A stretch of 64,000 bases of DNA from Eledone cirrhosa (taxonomy: Eukaryota): assembly GCA_964016885.1 (NCBI GenBank), contig OZ024743.1:17298001-17362000 (forward strand), given 5' to 3'. Positions 13,464-26,334 of the stretch are shown here, piece after piece. The position numbers and the translations under genes were made by a program. Position 1 is the first letter of the stretch; the number at the start of each line of letters is the position of its first letter. The notes beneath the pieces were generated by a model. That model was not told where the DNA came from. It saw nothing but the letters and a program-made list of their open reading frames with translations, and ran no database searches.

Positions 13464-13580
13464 AGGTAACAATTGTTTCTATAGTGTGTGGGTTACCTAT
13501 ACCTCGCTATTTGTATAATATAAAAATATTATCATAAATCGTAGGTACACTGTAAGAGAACACACCATGTCGTCAGACCT
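13464..13580 (-). ncRNA. Type I hammerhead with ~90-nt stem II in Naiad pLTR
   Basis: RC reads AGGT CTGACGA C-ATGGTGTGT...ACACACTAT-A GAAA CAATTG TT ACCT. Confidence 0.85.
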
Positions 13581-14024
13581 TTTAGGTAGAATGATAGGAG
13601 AATATTTTATACACTAGATATGTGAGAAAGTAGGAGGTGGGAAGGGAAGAGGAAGAGGGAGGCGAGTAAGGGGGAGGTAGTCTTAGGATTCAAGACTGTC
13701 AGAGTAGTAGAGATTGTATAGAAGAAAATGTTTTGGTAGCAGTTAGCTAAATGAGGCGTGTTAGGGTTGGCGGGGGAGTAAATTCTTCTAGTGGTGTTGT
13801 TTGGACAAAATTTAGTTAAAGGGGTCAATGTAGTACAGAATTATAGACAAGTTATTGGGGCTATTATAGTAGCAGAATATTTCTAAAGGGGTCTCAAAAA
13901 ACAGTGTTTTGTGCTATTATTATAAAAAGCGATATCGTGTGTATAAACATATAAAAATATGAAAAAAAATAATAACAATCTGCAAATGGTGGTGTAAAAA
14001 GATAACATTACATGCATTTAAAAA

Positions 14025-15228
14025 AAGAAAAAGTCGTTTTTAAACGATGGTTACAGTAAAGTGAACGTTCAATTTTGCTGTTCAAAAGTTTGTTTTCCGA
14101 CGTTAAAATGCAGTATATCTCCATATTGCATAATTTACAAAATCGGTGATTTTGCATATATGCTGGCGCATACGCAATAATTTATCAATCAAGGGAGAAT
14201 GCTTGATTGTTCTTCCGAAGCTGCCAGGCTTTATCGGCGAGGGTTGTTACGGAGCGCATTTTCTCATGCTTGATCGAAGATCGATGTTGGTATAGGCGAG
14301 CTTTGAAAGATGTTGCGGTACATCCGACGTAATACCATTTGTTGGTTCCGGAATTTATTGTACATCGGTAGACAATATTGCGTGCTAGGCATTGGTTATT
14401 CAATGGGCACGAACCTGGTTTAGTGCAGTTACAGTTATTTTTATGCTTTGCAGTATTATCCTGGATAGTTTGGTGGGGTTGTAGCTGCGTTTTAGTGCGT
14501 TGTATGTCGCTATGCTGGTGCGCTTTGTCATTAGGGATGTACTTAGTTTTGTTGAGTTGAGTTTTTTAATTAGTTGTTCTATGTTAGGTGCAGTGGAGTA
14601 TGAGAGTCTAATGGTGCGGGAGTTTAAGATTTTATAGTATGTATGTGAAGTTGTAAAGTGTTTATTGATCAGTGTTTAGAATCGTGAGATAATCTTAGTG
14701 CTAATAGAAATATTGTACACGGGGTTATACCATATGTACTCTCTGCGTCTAACTCTATTTGTTGGTTTGGACCTATTATTATGCCTATTAATGTGTATGT
14801 GTGGTGCAATACTAGTTCGACTTAGATGTGATTTATTCATAGTACCTATGTGGTTATCTTCTAGATATTCTATTTTGTCGCAGTAACCAGCTTTTCTAAG
14901 TGCGTCATTATAATACTCAGCATGCTCGTAGAATGTCTGCAAATTAGACGATAGTCGGGAGATCCATATGGATATATTTTTAGGGATAGATCTAATAATG
15001 GAATGGGGATGGTTCGATCTTACATTAACGTATTTGAGATTTTCATTAAGTTTGTGAAATGGCTTTATATTACCGTTAGTAAGGTTGAAGGTGACATCCA
15101 ATAAATTGACCACTTTAAGATTGTGTTCGAAGGTAATACTAAGTCCTAGTTCTAAGAAAAGTTTCCTAATGTTTTTACGTCGCCTTTCTAGGTTTTGTGT
15201 GTTCATATTTTTGACTAATAGGAGTGCA
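14025..15228 (-). pseudogene. PLE RT C-terminus/thumb + GIY-YIG endonuclease, disrupted
   Basis: ORFs 14676-15206 and 14185-14403, broken by stops and a frameshift; C-terminal CKLC..LLNSKIE..CNH follows the TGA TAA stops. Confidence 0.88.
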
Positions 15229-15290
15229 GCTCACAGACTCCAGAACGAATTTATTGACCTCCACGGCGGGAACTACCGTGATGATGCACT

Positions 15291-15932
15291 ATGAAATACT
15301 ATAAAATCTTAAACTCGCGCACCATTAGACTCTCATACTCCACTGCACCTAACATAGAACAACTAATTAAAAAACTCAACTCAACAATACTAAATAAGTA
15401 CATCCCTAATGACACAGCACACCAGCATAGCGACATACAACGCACTAAAACGCAGCTACAACCCCACCAAAGTATCCAGGATACTACTGCAAAACATAAA
15501 AATAACTGTAACTGCACTAAACCAGGTTCGTGCCCATTGAATAACCAATGCCTAACACGCAATATTGTTTACCGATGTACAATAAATTCCGGAACCAACA
15601 AATGGTATTACGTCGGATGTACCGCAACATCTTTCAAAGCTCGCCTATACCAACATCGATCTTCGATCAAGCATGAGAAAATGCGCTCCGTAACAACCCT
15701 CGACGATAAAGCCTGGCAAATTCGGAAGAACAATGAAGCATTCTCCCTTGATTGATAAATTATTGCATATGCGCCAGCATATAAGCAAAATCACCGATTT
15801 TGTAAATTATGCAATATGGAGATATACTGCATTTTAACGTCGGAAAACAAACTTTTGAACAGCAAAATTGAACGATCACTTTACTGTAACCATCGTTTAA
15901 AAGCGACTTTTTCTTTTTTTAAATCCATGTAA
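15291..15932 (+). pseudogene. PLE GIY-YIG endonuclease fragment (inverted copy)
   Basis: ORF 15291-15755 plus in-frame continuation after TGA TAA. Confidence 0.88.
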
Positions 15933-16358
15933 TGTTATCTTTTTACACCACCATTTGTATATTTTTATTATTTTTATTTCATATTTTTATATGTTTATAC
16001 ACACGATATCGCTTTTTATAATAATAGCACTAAACACTGTTTTTTAGACCCCTTTAGAAATATCCTGCTACTATAATAGCCCCAATAACTTGTCTATAAT
16101 TCTGTACTACATTGACCCCTTTAACTAAATTTTGTCCAAACAACACCACTAGAAGAATTTACTCCCCCGCCAACCCTAACACGCCTCATTTAGCTAACTG
16201 CTGCCAAAACATTTTCTTCTATACAATCTCTACTACTCTGACAGTCTTGAATCCTAGACTACCTCCCCCTTACTCGCTTCCCTCTTCCTCTTCCCTTCCT
16301 ACCTCATACTTTCTCACATATCTAGTGTATAAAATATTCTCCTATCATTCTACCATAA

Positions 16359-16475
16359 AGGTCTGACGACATGGTGTGTTCTCTTACAGTGTACCTACCA
16401 TTTATGATAATATTTTTATATTATACAAATAGCGAGGTATAGGTAACCCACACACTATAGACACAATTGTTACCT
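16359..16475 (+). ncRNA. Second copy of the Naiad pLTR hammerhead (GAAA mutated to GACA)
   Basis: AGGT CTGACGA CATGGTGTGT...ACACACTATA GACA CAATTG TT ACCT. Confidence 0.7.
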
Positions 16476-16536
16476 AGTAAATTCTTTATACCCGCATTTC
16501 CGTTTCATAAACTTCTTCTTCATATATATATATATT

Positions 16537-16611
<75 letters not shown>

Positions 16612-17111
16612 GAAGAGAGAAAGAGAGAAAGAGAGAAAGAGAGAGAGAATGAATTGTTAATTTAAAACATTAAATAATTATGTAGAAGGCATGCTATTTA
16701 TATATATATATGCAGATGAATAGAAGAACCATTACGGTTATGAATGCAGATAGATTATATTACTTTTGAGAAAAGGGTGGATAGAAATAATCTAATGCCT
16801 ATTTAATTTTTTTATTATGTGTAGTGTCACGTTATGTTTATAGATAACAGTACACAGACAAATTTATAATGTTACGAGCAAAATAAATAATTTAAAAGTT
16901 ATCCTCATTTGAATGAAGACTTTAGAAAAATAATTTCTTAAGCATTCTCAAATTTCCATTCCGACAAAAAATTGCTTTAAAAATAATATCATTTATTTTT
17001 GATGAATATACCTTTAAATTGTTCACAGAAAATTTGCATGTATATATAAACGTATTTTAGTTGTAACTCCAATTTCCAATTAATTTTCTTATTCATATAA
17101 TTAAGATACAA

Positions 17112-17154
<43 letters not shown>

Positions 17155-17374
17155 TTGAAAAAAATGAAAACGAAATTTCATTTCTCACTCTTAGTATGGC
17201 ACTTACTTAAATGTAAGTATGTATGTATACGTACATACATATATGTATACAGACGTACAGTAGGATGCATATATATATGTTTGTTGACAAACAAACGAAC
17301 AAAGCTGCGTTATAATAAACGTGGGCTAAACTGATGCGTGCATATATGTATGTGTACCTGTGTGCATATATGTA

Positions 17375-17425
<51 letters not shown>

Positions 17426-17664
17426 GCATGCTACTGTACGTCTGTATACATATATGTATGTACGTATACATACATACTTACATTTAAGTAAGTGCCATAC
17501 TAAGAGTGAGAAATGAAATTTCGTTTTCATTTTTTTCAACTTATCGTTTTCGGTATGCCTGACCGATTTAACTCACTCAATATGCAAATTAGGCTGCTCA
17601 GCCGTTAATTTTCATAAGGAAAGTATATACTTTCGAACGTTCAACTATCTGGCAGATGGGTAAA

Positions 17665-17705
17665 CGGTGCTGATGATAGCTAACAAGCTTGCAACTAGTA
17701 CATCG
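17665..17705 (+). ncRNA. Type I hammerhead (GCAA variant)
   Basis: CGGTG CTGATGA T-AGCT-AACA-AGCT-T GCAA CTAG TA CATCG. Confidence 0.7.
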
Positions 17706-17874
17706 TTCCTGTGTCAGTGTTGAACAAAAAGGTGACGTGGTTGCCTTAACACCGTATGGTATAAATTCAGGCTGTTCTGTTTGTTGACAAACAAACGAAC
17801 AAAGCTGCGTTATAATAAACGTCGGCTAAACTGATGCGTGCATATATGTATGTGTACCTGTGAGCATATATGTA

Positions 17875-17917
<43 letters not shown>

Positions 17918-17973
17918 GCATGCTACTGTACGTCTGTATACATATATGTATGTACGTATACATACATACTTAC

Positions 17974-18046
<73 letters not shown>

Positions 18047-18288
18047 TAGATAGATAGATATATGTAAGTATGTAGGTATACGTACATACATATATGAATA
18101 CAGACGTACAGTAGTATGTATATATATACATACATGCACACATATATATATATATGCACGTATCGATTTACAGAACATTTATTATAATGCTCGGTTTGTT
18201 TGTTTGTAAACAAACAAACAGCACGAATTACGCCGTACAGTGTTTAGGCAATCACGTCACCTTTTTGTTCAACGCTGACACAGGAATT

Positions 18289-18325
18289 ATGTACTAGTTT
18301 CAAGCTTATAAACTATCGTCAGCAT
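18289..18325 (-). ncRNA. Type I minimal hammerhead, canonical core
   Basis: RC reads ATG CTGACGA T-AGTT-TATA-AGCT-T GAAA CTAG TA CAT; palindromic ACTAGT stem III and GUA site. Confidence 0.8.
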
Positions 18326-18759
18326 CGTATACCTTCCTGCCAGATGGTTGAACGTCTGAAAGTATATACTTTCCTTATGCATATTAACGGTTGAGCAGCC
18401 TAATTTGCATATAAATGAGTTTAGTCGGCCGTGAGAAACGAAATTTCGTTTCATTATAATAAATGTTCGGTAAATCGATACGTGCATATATATGTGTGTG
18501 CATGTATGGATATATATACATACTACTGTACGTCTGTATACATATATGTATGTGCGTATACATACATACATACTTAAATTTAAGTAACTGCCGTACTAAG
18601 AGTGAGAAATGAAATGTCATTTCATTCTATTCCATTTATCGTTTTTGGTGCGCCCGGCCTACTAAACTAACTCGATATGCAAATTAGGCAGCTCAGCCGT
18701 TAATATGTATAAGGAAAGTATATACTTTCAGACGTTCAACCATCTGGCAGGAAGATATA

Positions 18760-18800
18760 CGGTGCTGACGATAGCTAATAAGCCTGAAGCTAGTATATCG
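18760..18800 (+). ncRNA. Degenerate hammerhead copy
   Basis: CGGTG CTGACGA TAGCTAATAAGCCT GAAG CTAG TA TATCG. Confidence 0.6.
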
Positions 18801-19253
18801 TTCCTGTGTCAGTGTTGAACAAAAAGGTGACGCGGTTGTCTAAACACTGTACGGTGTAATTCGGGCTGTTTGTTTGTTTACAAGCAAACCGAGCATTATA
18901 CTAAATGTTCGGTAAATCGATACCTGCATATATATATGTGTGTGCATGTATGTATATATATATATACACATACTACTGTACGTCTGTATGCATATATGTA
19001 TGTACGTATACATACATACTTAGATTTAAGTAAGTGCCGTACTAAGAGTGAGAAATGAAATTTCGTTTCATTTTATTCCATTTATATATGTATATATTTA
19101 TTAAAATAACAGATTAAAATTTAAGCAAAGAATCGGTGCTTAAACTTTAATCTCTTGTCTTAATGAATATTTGCTCTAGGGGTCTTATATATTTGATATA
19201 TATATATCCTTATCGAGCCCTCTTTGGATTTTAGTTTTCCCATTTATTTTTAT

Positions 19254-19304
<51 letters not shown>

Positions 19305-19556
19305 AGCAAATTATAAACATGTAAGTATGTTTTTGAACGGTGCGCGAGTTTGAAATTAGAAATTATAAGCACTCACCGTATTTTAGACTAGAGACATTTT
19401 TAGCCTGATAGTGGAGTTTATAACCCTCGGAGAAATGGAAAAAGATGAGTGTTGCCGTACATGGGAGTACATATATGCATATATATCTATATATGTATAT
19501 ATATATATATATTATGAAAATAAAACAAAGAAGCCTTCAATACATCAAAAGTCTTT

Positions 19557-19602
19557 ATTAGCCAACAATGTTTCGTCCTATTAAGGACTCATCAGGGAAA
19601 TT
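19557..19602 (-). ncRNA. Type I hammerhead ribozyme
   Basis: RC reads TCC CTGATGA GTCC-TTAATA-GGAC GAAA CATTG TT GGC. Confidence 0.85.
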
Positions 19603-20329
19603 AAAACTACAAGAAGCACTATCGGCCAATACAAGCCGAAAACTCAGAAGAATATGGAGTGTACATACACTAAAGTATTGGAAGATTATGGGTAAAAATA
19701 TATAATAAAATCACTATTGAGGTGGATAACATTTTGAACCATATTACAAATATAGTCCAAAGCAAAAAACTAGAGCTAAACAAAGGTGGCTATATAGAGC
19801 GGGAATTATAGTAATACATGTAATACAATATAATATAATATAATATACTTGTAACAATAATAAAATTAAAATTAAAATTGAAAAGCACAATATACATGTA
19901 CAGCACATATACATGTACAGCAATACACATTTCCATCATTAACAGCACAAAATAAACCTTATTAGGAGTTTAAATATAAATAAGCATAATAGGAATAACA
20001 ATTAAAATAATACGTATATATAATATACAGTATAACATGAAGTAATGATTTGATTAAAAGTAACACATAATATATAATAAACTATATAATTATATAATAT
20101 TTCATATAATATAATAGATAATCTCCGGTTAATTTACACAAACAATATAGATGTCACAATAACACTATAATAATAATATAATAATATATAATGGCATATA
20201 AGTTAACAAATCAATTCATATAGAGTTACAGAGCAGGTGAGAAAAAATATATATTGTACAATACCAAAATTATGATGGTACAAAAATATAAACATCTTAC
20301 AGAATATATAAAATTTAACATATCATAAT

Positions 20330-20508
20330 TGTTTCTACTTTAGGCACAAGGCCAGCAAATTACCCAGTACATTACTGGTACTTTATTTTATCGACCCCGT
20401 AAGGATGAAAGGCAAAGTTAACCTCGGCGGGATTTGAACTCAGACTGTAAAGGGACGTAACTATGCTAGAAAGCATGGTGTCCAACCCTCTACCGATACT
20501 GCCAATTC
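20330..20508 (-). mobile_element. tRNA-derived SINE with 12-bp target-site duplication
   Basis: ACATATCATAAT at 20318-20329 and 20509-20520; absent from the paired arm. Confidence 0.92.
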
Positions 20509-22797
20509 ACATATCATAATGGTACATAAAATCATCGGTAAGTAATAAGGATCAATAGTACATTTACAAAGAGTTGAATAACAACTTCAATATAAAATAA
20601 TGAACATAATATAATATATAATTACTTATAATTACAAGGTTGGTAAACAGACACATATGTGAATGAGTGAATAAGGGCCAAACAGAAAATACTATGCACA
20701 GTAGTATTAATAAATAAATAAATAAAATCGACCGGAAATCAAAAAAACAAAAACAAAAGTATTTACTTAGGTCTCACATGCAGTTAAGTAAAAACTTAGG
20801 AAACAACCCGGATAAATGACTAGAAAACCCTATTTGATAAATTAATATTGAAAATATTTAAAATACTTAATAAGGCAATACAATATTAGCTATGGTTTAA
20901 GTGCTATTAGCTATGGTTTATTATAAGTAAGCGGAGACTTTCTAAGGTTACTATTATAATAATGTATTTTACTAGAGTAACCGGAATTAGCTAGGGCATT
21001 AGTGAATCCTTACTTATTAGAAAGTCTGAGATATTCTCTTCTTGCCCCCACGCTATTTCTAATTCTTACTTTTATTATAAACCTAAAGGTTCTAGTAGTG
21101 TAAATTGTATCCATTAGCTGATAAATTCCATTACTTATTTTTTTAGTTTAGGTTCATTTCGTTTACCACCATTATTATCATCATTATTATCATTGGTTTT
21201 TGGCAACTTTTTATTCTAGCTCTCATAATCTTTTGGCTAATATACCATATCTATCTTCTTACACATTAAATTTTGACTATTAACACCTTATGAGTATATA
21301 TCTGATTATATATTTTATATTATTTTATTTCATTTTATTTTATTTTATTTGGATCCTTCTTTGGATAACTACCCCCCTCTCCCCCCATGCACACATAAAC
21401 TTATTGCTACCCTCTTCAAATATATTATGATTATATTTAATCCCCTTTTTTATGCTCCTTTCTATTATAAAATACAGTATATTGATTATGATTTTATGCT
21501 CCTTTGTATCCTACATACATTTCTTTTTTTCTGTCCACATTAGCCTACCATAATTCTGCTTAAAATCAGTTTATTAGATAACGTTATGTAAATGATAGTA
21601 GAATATTTCATTCCTTTCTATATATATTTATAGTGATATCTTAATGTTTAGGGATTTTGATTATTTAAACCATAGCTAATATTGTATTGCCTTATTAAGT
21701 ATTTTAAATATTTTCAATATTAATTTATCAAGTAAGGTTTTCTAGTCATTTATCCGGGTTGTTTCCTAAGTTTTTACTTAACTGCATGTGAGACCTAAGT
21801 AAATACTTTTGTTTTTGTTTTTTGATTTCCTGTCGATTTTATTTATTTATTTATTAATACTACTGTGCATAGTATTTTCTGTTTGGCCCTTATTCACTCA
21901 TTCACATATGTGTCTGTTTACCAACCTTGTAATTATAAGTAATTATATATTATATTATGTTCATTATTTTATATTGAAGTTGTTATTCAACTCTTTGTAA
22001 ATGTACTATTGATCCTTATTACTTACCGATGATTTTATGTACCATTATGATATGTTAAATTTTATATATTCTGTAAGATGTTTATATTTTTGTACCATCA
22101 TAATTTTGGTATTGTACAATATATATTTTTTCTCACCTGCTCTGTAACTCTATATGAATTTATTTGTTAACTTACATGCCATTATATATTATTATATTAT
22201 TATTATAGTGTTATTGTGACATCTATATTGTTTGTGTAAATTAACCGGAGATTATCTATTATATTATATTATATATTATATAATTATATAGTTTATTATA
22301 TATTATATGTGTTACTTTTAATCATTTCATTACTTCATGTTATACTGTATATTATATATAGGTATTATTTTTATTTTTATTCCTATTATGCTTATTTATA
22401 TTTACACTCTTAATAAGGTTTAGTTTGTGCTGTTGATGATGGAAATGTGTATTGATGTATATGTATATGTGCGTACGTGTGTGTATATATATACATATGT
22501 ATATTGTGCCTTTCAATTTTAATTTTAATTTTATTATTGTTACAAGTATATTATATTATATTATATTATATTGTATTACATATAGTACTATATTCCCGCT
22601 CTATATAACCACCTTTGTTTAGCTCTAGTTTTTTGCTTTGGACTATATTTGTAATATGGTTCAAAATGTTATCCACCTCCTTAGTGATTTTTATTATATA
22701 TTTTTACCCATAATCTTCCAATACTTGAGTGTATGTACACTCCATATTCTTCTGAGTGTTCGGCTTGTATTGGCCGATAGTGCTTCTTGTAGTTTTA

Positions 22798-22842
22798 ATT
22801 GCCCTGATGAGTCCTTAATAGGACGAAACATTGTTGGCTAAT
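22798..22842 (+). ncRNA. Type I hammerhead ribozyme
   Basis: ATTGCC CTGATGA GTCC-TTAATA-GGAC GAAA CATTG TT GGC(T)AAT. Confidence 0.9.
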
Positions 22843-22985
22843 AAAGACTTTTGATGTATTGAAGGCTTCTTTGTTTTATTTTCATAATTCTTCGGCTCTG
22901 TTTAATTACATTGAGCTATACCTTTTACTGTCATTTCTATAATACGAAGAGGGTGTTTAACTCCAACACGCTCCAGTATTTAAAT

Positions 22986-23074
<89 letters not shown>

Positions 23075-23199
23075 GTTATGCAAGACATGCTTAGAATTAT
23101 CCTGAATGCGGTAATGGTTATTTACTACACCAGATAGAGTCTATGTACGTTGAGGGGTTACTCAACGAGTTGTGAGGGAACAGTTAAAGAGACTCGGTT

Positions 23200-25203
23200 T
23201 CCGATTCTTCTGTATTCCGGAGTGTAGATAAAGAATGAATTATAAAACATGTAGACACCATAAAAAGGTAATTTATTCCGAGTAGTTATACAGCCTAGTC
23301 ATGCCATGTGCAAATTGGTAGTTATTTATTTGCAGATACTCAATTTTCAAATGCTGTTTATTCTACTATGTCTTCAGAGCAAATGGCTAAAGTGTAAATT
23401 CCCTTGTATTTCTTAAAGGGAGTTATAGGGGAAGATAGAGTAGAAAAGGAATAGAGATAGAAGATAGAGTAGAAATGGGAGAGAGATAGATAGAGATAGA
23501 GAGAGATAGAGATAGAGAGAGAGAGAGAGAGAGAGATGTTGGGGTCGGAGAAATGGGAGAGACTGGTTTGAAGAATACAGATAGCTTAATCTAAATGTTG
23601 TGATAGAGGGCCAACGAGTGGTTTTATTATACTGCTTATTCTCAAAGTGACAGCTTAGGCATTGTGTTGATATTGTCAAGTTTGGAATTATGTATTGCCA
23701 CAGAGATCAGGTTGAAAGATGTGAGGAATTACGGAGATAGACAGAGGGTGAGAGAGAGAGTTAGAGAGAGAGAAAGGGAGAGAGAGGGGCGACCGAAAAA
23801 AGCTAAGAGAAAGGGAAGGGAAGGTGATATACACCGAGTTTGTAGTTGTAGTTTGCTGATCGCACTTAAGTATCCATTTATTACGATAAGCAAGGTACTG
23901 ACTTATAATGTGTGTGTGTGTGTGGGAGGGGGGGGGGGTATAGTTAGGAAGTAGTTATTGCGTGAAATTAGTTAGCGTGAGAGTGGTGTCGTAATCTCGG
24001 ATTCATATTATGTAAAGTTACATTTAAAGTGAGCAAATATATCCCAATATCTCCATGGTACAGCTGTTAACCAACAAAAACTGCAACTGCCACCTTCCCG
24101 AAAGAATAAATGCTTGGAGTCCAACATTGTTTATCAATGCACTGTTGAATCAAACGACCAGAAATGGTATTACGTCGAGTCTACCACTACCTCCATTAAA
24201 TCACGCTGGTATCGTCATCGATTTTCGAATTAAACATCCTGAACACCGTTATGTAACCACGCTCGCCAACAAGACCTGGCAACTCCGTTAATACAGCCGG
24301 CAGTCCACCTTAAAATGGGATAAATTATCCAGCGCTAGTGCAACCTTGATCTCTTTTACATCTTGAAATATAAAAACAAGTTACTAAATGACAGAATCGA
24401 ATGATCGTTATACTGCAACCACAAACTGAAGGCTAAATTTTCTCCCTATAAACTAACTTAAAATAATATGAACCCGAGACTTCTACACCACTTTCTCGCT
24501 AACTAATTTCACTCAATAACTACTTCCTAACTATACCCCCCCCCCCCACACACACACACACTACAAATCAGTACCTTGCTTATCGTCATAAATGGATACT
24601 TAAGTTCGATCAACAATCTACAACTACAAACTCGGTGTATACCACCTTTCATTCCCCTTCGCTTAGCTTTTTTCTGTTCCCTCTCTGTCTCCCTCTCTCT
24701 CTCTCTTTCGCCCTCTCTCTATCTCCCTACTTCTCCACATCTATCAACCTGATCTCTGTGGCAATAAATAATTCCAAACTTGACAATATCAACACAATGC
24801 CTAAGTTAAAACTTTGAGAATAAGGAGTATAATAAAACCACCCGTTGGACCTCTATCACAACATTTAGATTAAGCTATCGGTATTCTTCAAACCACTCTC
24901 GCCCATTTCTCCAACCCCTACATCTCTCTCTGCTACTCCCTACCTCCCCTTCCCCTTCTTTCTCTCTTCCTTTTCTACTATATCTTCCCCAATAACTGAC
25001 TTTAAGAATACAAGAGAATTTACACTTCAGCCATTTGCTCCGAAGACATGGTAGAATAAACAGCATTTGAAAATTGAGTATCTGCAAATAAATAATACCA
25101 ATTTGCACATAGCATGAGTAGGCTGTATAACTACTATAGAAACATTTGTAAGCACTCGGAATAAATTACCTTTTTATGATGTCTATCGGTTTTGTTATTC
25201 AGT

Positions 25204-25205
<2 letters not shown>
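23200..25205. mobile_element. Decayed Naiad-type PLE 3' end: inverted pLTR, GIY-YIG remnant (24055-24460, +), pLTR
   Basis: Frameshifted NCNC..CL..NIVYQCTV..WYYV..TTLANKTWQLR; 23230-24040 is the reverse complement of 24450-25200. Confidence 0.85.
25037..25153 (+). ncRNA. Type I hammerhead with ~90-nt stem II (CCGAAGA)
   Basis: GCT CCGAAGA C-ATGGTAG...CTACTAT-A GAAA CATTTG TA AGC; the opposite arm has CTGAAGA but has lost the GAAA segment. Confidence 0.75.
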
Positions 25206-25270
<65 letters not shown>

Positions 25271-25391
25271 CAAATATATATATATATATATGCATATATC
25301 AACATTAAATAAATAAGAACATTAATTAGAAATTGGAGATACAACTAAAATGTGTTTACGTATACATGCAAATTGTGTGTCTGTATATATT

Positions 25392-25461
<70 letters not shown>

Positions 25462-25546
25462 GAGGTTATATTTAATTTGTTGGGATACAAGCAAAATATT
25501 TTTATAACTGATATAAAGCACTCAACAAATTATTGGAGTAAATAGC

Positions 25547-25903
25547 ATATATTAACAAATGGAAACTATCTTTATAAAACCATATTTATTTCATTATACA
25601 TATTTCAAGGGCCACCAAAGCAAACTATGGTACGCTTTCATAGAGAGAAAATATAATATAGGTGAGTTTTATAAATAAATATTGACATACCCTGAAAAAA
25701 TGCAACCATTCTGGTTGGAATCTCCTGGAGATTCCAACCAGAATGGTGGTATTTTTTCAGGGTATGTCAATATTTATTTATAAAACTCACCTATATTATA
25801 TTTTCTCTCTATGAAAGCGTACCATAGTTTGCTTTGGTGGCCCTTGAAATATGTATAATGAAATAAATATGGTTTTATAAATATAGTTTCCATTTGTTAA
25901 TAT

Positions 25904-25905
<2 letters not shown>
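25547..25905. repeat. Near-perfect ~180-bp-arm palindrome; single homologous copy at ~31680-31845
   Basis: Centre GAATCTCC-T-GGAGATTC at 25726. Confidence 0.92.
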
Positions 25906-25966
<61 letters not shown>

Positions 25967-25994
25967 ATGTGTGTGTGTGTGCATATATATTTAC

Positions 25995-26030
<36 letters not shown>

Positions 26031-26334
26031 AGATGGGTGTAGCTGTATGTCTGTATTTCTGCATCTGTGTGTATGAGTATATATATTATATAAATATGTT
26101 GTGTAGCGCATCATTTCTTAAACTTTATATCCATATTTGGAAGAACACTGGATAAAATCTAGAAACAAACCTACATCCTGTCTCTATTAAATTACCCCCT
26201 TTACTATAATATGTTTTCATCTATTATCTGTTTCAACCACGCCAAGAGTCTTAAATAACAGCCCCGATCTATAATTGTCTGATCACTATAATAACTAAAA
26301 CGTTTTCCGGAATTAGGACATTATGAGTTCCTAA

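Larger units (their letters stand above)
13290..16525. mobile_element. Decayed Naiad-type Penelope-like element with inverted structure (minus arm 13290-15228, plus arm 15229-16525)
   Basis: Motifs YRDDAL, VNLLDVTF, FHKLN, SNHP, IWYNP, CNC..CPLNNQCL, IVY..YYVG; arms are near-identical reverse complements over ~1.2 kb; flanked by (TA)n/(GA)n. Confidence 0.92.
17152..19085. mobile_element. Retrozyme-like cluster: ~445-500-bp unit in alternating direct and inverted copies
   Basis: TACTAAGAGTGAGAAATGAAAT recurs at ~17498, ~18594 and ~19040 (+) and at ~17175 (-); no real ORF; three hammerheads. Confidence 0.8.
19513..22890. mobile_element. ORF-less AT-rich PLE-like element as a ~1.2-kb inverted pair (19513-20900 / 21665-22890)
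   Basis: Arms are reverse complements, each with a hammerhead near its outer end; (TA)n lies at or near both ends; diverged third copy at 52780-54040. Confidence 0.85.
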
